Positions 61,543 to 64,000 of a DNA stretch of 64,000 nucleotides are shown one piece after another (within the stretch, counting starts at the first letter, position 1; each line of letters starts with the position of its first letter). The translations under genes and the position numbers were made by a program. Source of the DNA: Azolla caroliniana (lineage: Eukaryota > Plantae > Polypodiophyta); contig JBHGNT010000004.1 of the NCBI GenBank assembly GCA_043228905.1, positions 10,168,001 through 10,232,000 of the forward strand, read 5' to 3'. Below the pieces are notes generated by a model that was given only the letters and a program-made list of their open reading frames with translations, made no database searches and had not been told where the DNA came from.

Positions 61543-62296
61543 TAATGCTACATGTAAACAAGGTCTCGGGTTCAAAATTTATACCTTGTAGTCATTTACA
61601 TTTAAAATATTTTAGCATAAATGGGAAATATGGAGAATTTCTAGGTTTAGAGACGGTATACATGTTGTGCAATTGGCAACACGATGCCCACACAACGTTG
61701 TGATGTCCAAAGGTGGCCGACCGGAGGAAAGAACACCTATGTTGTGGTTAGAGTTCTACTTGTCGTTGCTTTAGCCCTATTGGCTAGTTAGGGCCATTTC
61801 TCTGTTTGTTTCCTCACATGCTTGCTTGCTTACTTGATAACTCCTAGACTCAAGTGAAAAACCGACCATTAGCATATTTGATGAGAGAGGATTGAAACCT
61901 CATATCTTCCCCATTTTTAATGATTCATTGGGAGAGAACATGCCCCTTCCCATGTTAGTATGTAACCTAATATGCATCCTGCAAACCCAAAATTGGGTGT
62001 TATTGTAAATCAAACACATGGTTTCTTAGGCACATGCCACATGCTCTAATCCTCTTAACGGTTCTACGACCCCATCCATACTAGATTTATTCTAGGGGCC
62101 CCCACTTGGTGCCCTTGATTTCAAAACTCCAAAAAATACAATACATCTCCATTACTTCCCAAAATACCCTCCATTTTGACAGAGCTCCGAAAATGTCCTT
62201 CATGTTTCAAGAAACTCCACAAAAATGGCCGCTTACCCTTAATCGTGTAGAAGATCATTCTGACAAATCAAGTGCAGAAGAAGGTCTGTGTACTAA

Positions 62297-64000
62297 ATGG
62301 TCAAGCTATGCACATCTTTATCGAGACATTCTCTTCCTAATGAAGTCGTATTTTCGCCACCACAGATAAGTCAAAAGTATTCATCTTCTCTTCATGATTT
62401 CATTGCTGCCTTGTGCACATGGAGAAAGCAAAAACATAAAGACAAAGTCTATGCAATAGGCTTGTATACCTCCATATGTGATGCTGGCCTCCAAGCTCAT
62501 CCATTGATAGGAAATGACCTTGTCTCCATGCTGGTTGAGATTGGGAAAATGAACCAAGCTCTGCGTGTATTTGCGATGCTCGAGCATCAAGATGGGCATT
62601 TATGGAATCTCATGATCATGGGTTATGCCAACTGTGGCGAGTCTCAACCACTGATCGATTTCTATCACAAGATGGGTGAACATGAATTGCCTTGTTTGAC
62701 AGGGCATTCCTATGTAATATTAGTTAAGGCTTGTATCAAATTGGAGGATGTTGATAGTGGAAGTAGGTTGCACATTGATGTTGTCAGAATGGGATTGCTG
62801 GAAAGAAATGTTTTTGTCGGTAGTGCTTTGGTTGATATGTATGCCAAATGTGGTTTACTCACGAAAGCACAGGAAACATTTGAAATGATCTCAATTCGAA
62901 ATGTAGTGTTGTGGAACACTCTTATAACAGGATATGCTGATCATGGGTGTTTCGAGGAAGTGCTAAAATGTTCTAAACAAATGCAATTCAATGGTATTGT
63001 CCCAGATGCTATAACATACATGTGCTGTTTGAGAGCTTGTAGTGGTACTGGAGCAACACTCAATGGAAAAGAAATACATGATGAGATCACAAGAAAGGGA
63101 TTGTTAGAAGGGGATGTTTTCCTTGGAACCACATTAATTGATATGTATGCTAAATGTGATATGCTTGTGGAAGCAAAGCAAGTGCTGGTCAATCTTCCAG
63201 TCCGAAATGTTGTTTCTTGGAATGCACTTATTTCAGGTTATGTGGACAATGGGCGTGGTAATGAGGCATTGGTTTGCTTTGAGAATATGCAAGGCGAAGG
63301 AGTATCTCCAAGTCCTGTGACCTTTATTCATAGTTTGAAAGCATGTGATAACGTTGAAACCATTGACAACATACATGCTGAAATTGCAAAGAAAGGACTC
63401 CTAGAAAAGGATGTAATGTTAAGCAGTACCCTAGTTTATATATATGCTAAAATTGGGATGATAATAAAAGCACAGGATGTGTTTGATAAGGTTCTAATCC
63501 GGAATGTAGTCTCATGGAATGCTTTAATAGCAGGCTATGTGGAGCATGGATATGGCGAGGAAGCATTGACCTGCTTTGAGAGAATGCAACAAATGGGCCT
63601 CTCCCCAGATGTCATTACTCTAATTTTCAGCTTGAAAGCATGCATTATCACTGGAACCATTTCTTTGGGTGAAGACATACATCTTGAGATTGCCAAAAAA
63701 GGTTTGGAAGGGAACCAGCTCCTTAGCAGCACTGTGATCCATATGTATGCAAAGTGTGGATCCCCCAACAAAGCACAGGAAGTGTTTGACAAGTTGTCTC
63801 ACAGAAATGTTGTCTCATGGACTGCATTGATAACAGGCTATGCTGAACTTGGACATACTCAACAAGCACTTCTTTGTTATGAACAAATGTGCTTCAATGA
63901 TGTCTTACCCAGTACTATCACATACATTTGTTCCTTGAAAGCTTGTGCTAGCATAGGAGCTGTAGCCAAAGGTCAAGAAATGCATGTCAAAATTGTAAAG
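62297..64000 (+). CDS. PLS-class pentatricopeptide repeat protein (organellar RNA-editing factor type), 3' end beyond the window
   Basis: First ATG after an in-frame TAA; the frame appears open to the window end; repeated P-L-S motifs such as NVFVGSALVDMYAKCG, NVVSWNALISGY and PDAITYMCCLRAC. Confidence 0.93.
   Translation, partial: MVKLCTSLSRHSLPNEVVFSPPQISQKYSSSLHDFIAALCTWRKQKHKDKVYAIGLYTSICDAGLQAHPLIGNDLVSMLVEIGKMNQALRVFAMLEHQDGHLWNLMIMGYANCGESQPLIDFYHKMGEHELPCLTGHSYVILVKACIKLEDVDSGSRLHIDVVRMGLLERNVFVGSALVDMYAKCGLLTKAQETFEMISIRNVVLWNTLITGYADHGCFEEVLKCSKQMQFNGIVPDAITYMCCLRACSGTGATLNGKEIHDEITRKGLLEGDVFLGTTLIDMYAKCDMLVEAKQVLVNLPVRNVVSWNALISGYVDNGRGNEALVCFENMQGEGVSPSPVTFIHSLKACDNVETIDNIHAEIAKKGLLEKDVMLSSTLVYIYAKIGMIIKAQDVFDKVLIRNVVSWNALIAGYVEHGYGEEALTCFERMQQMGLSPDVITLIFSLKACIITGTISLGEDIHLEIAKKGLEGNQLLSSTVIHMYAKCGSPNKAQEVFDKLSHRNVVSWTALITGYAELGHTQQALLCYEQMCFNDVLPSTITYICSLKACASIGAVAKGQEMHVKIVK

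Overview
Repeat-rich land-plant nuclear DNA; the PLS-PPR gene and transposon content suggest a fern or other non-seed plant (inference). There are two host genes: a complete 12-coding-exon NUP98 on the minus strand (about 978 aa; FG repeats, GLEBS, autoproteolytic HFS motif, no Nup96 part) and a PLS-class PPR gene that runs off the right edge. An intact hAT transposon (681-aa transposase, 11-bp TIRs, 8-bp TSD) sits just upstream of NUP98. The rest is nested retroelements: several Tork/Tnt1-like Ty1/copia copies, one 8.3-kb Ty3/gypsy with both LTRs, a TSD and a long extra 3' ORF, solo LTRs, degenerate LINEs, and a Penelope-like RT with a minimal hammerhead ribozyme. The most unusual signal is that two LTR elements with otherwise dissimilar LTRs have no polypurine tract. 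In its place both carry a conserved ~40-nt motif with a covarying hairpin that ends in a tRNA-Arg-like 3' end (...GTGCCA), which suggests tRNA-primed or tRNA-mimic-primed plus-strand synthesis. A second signal is LTRs carrying tRNA-spaced A-box/B-box cassettes. All coordinates and alignments were read by eye.
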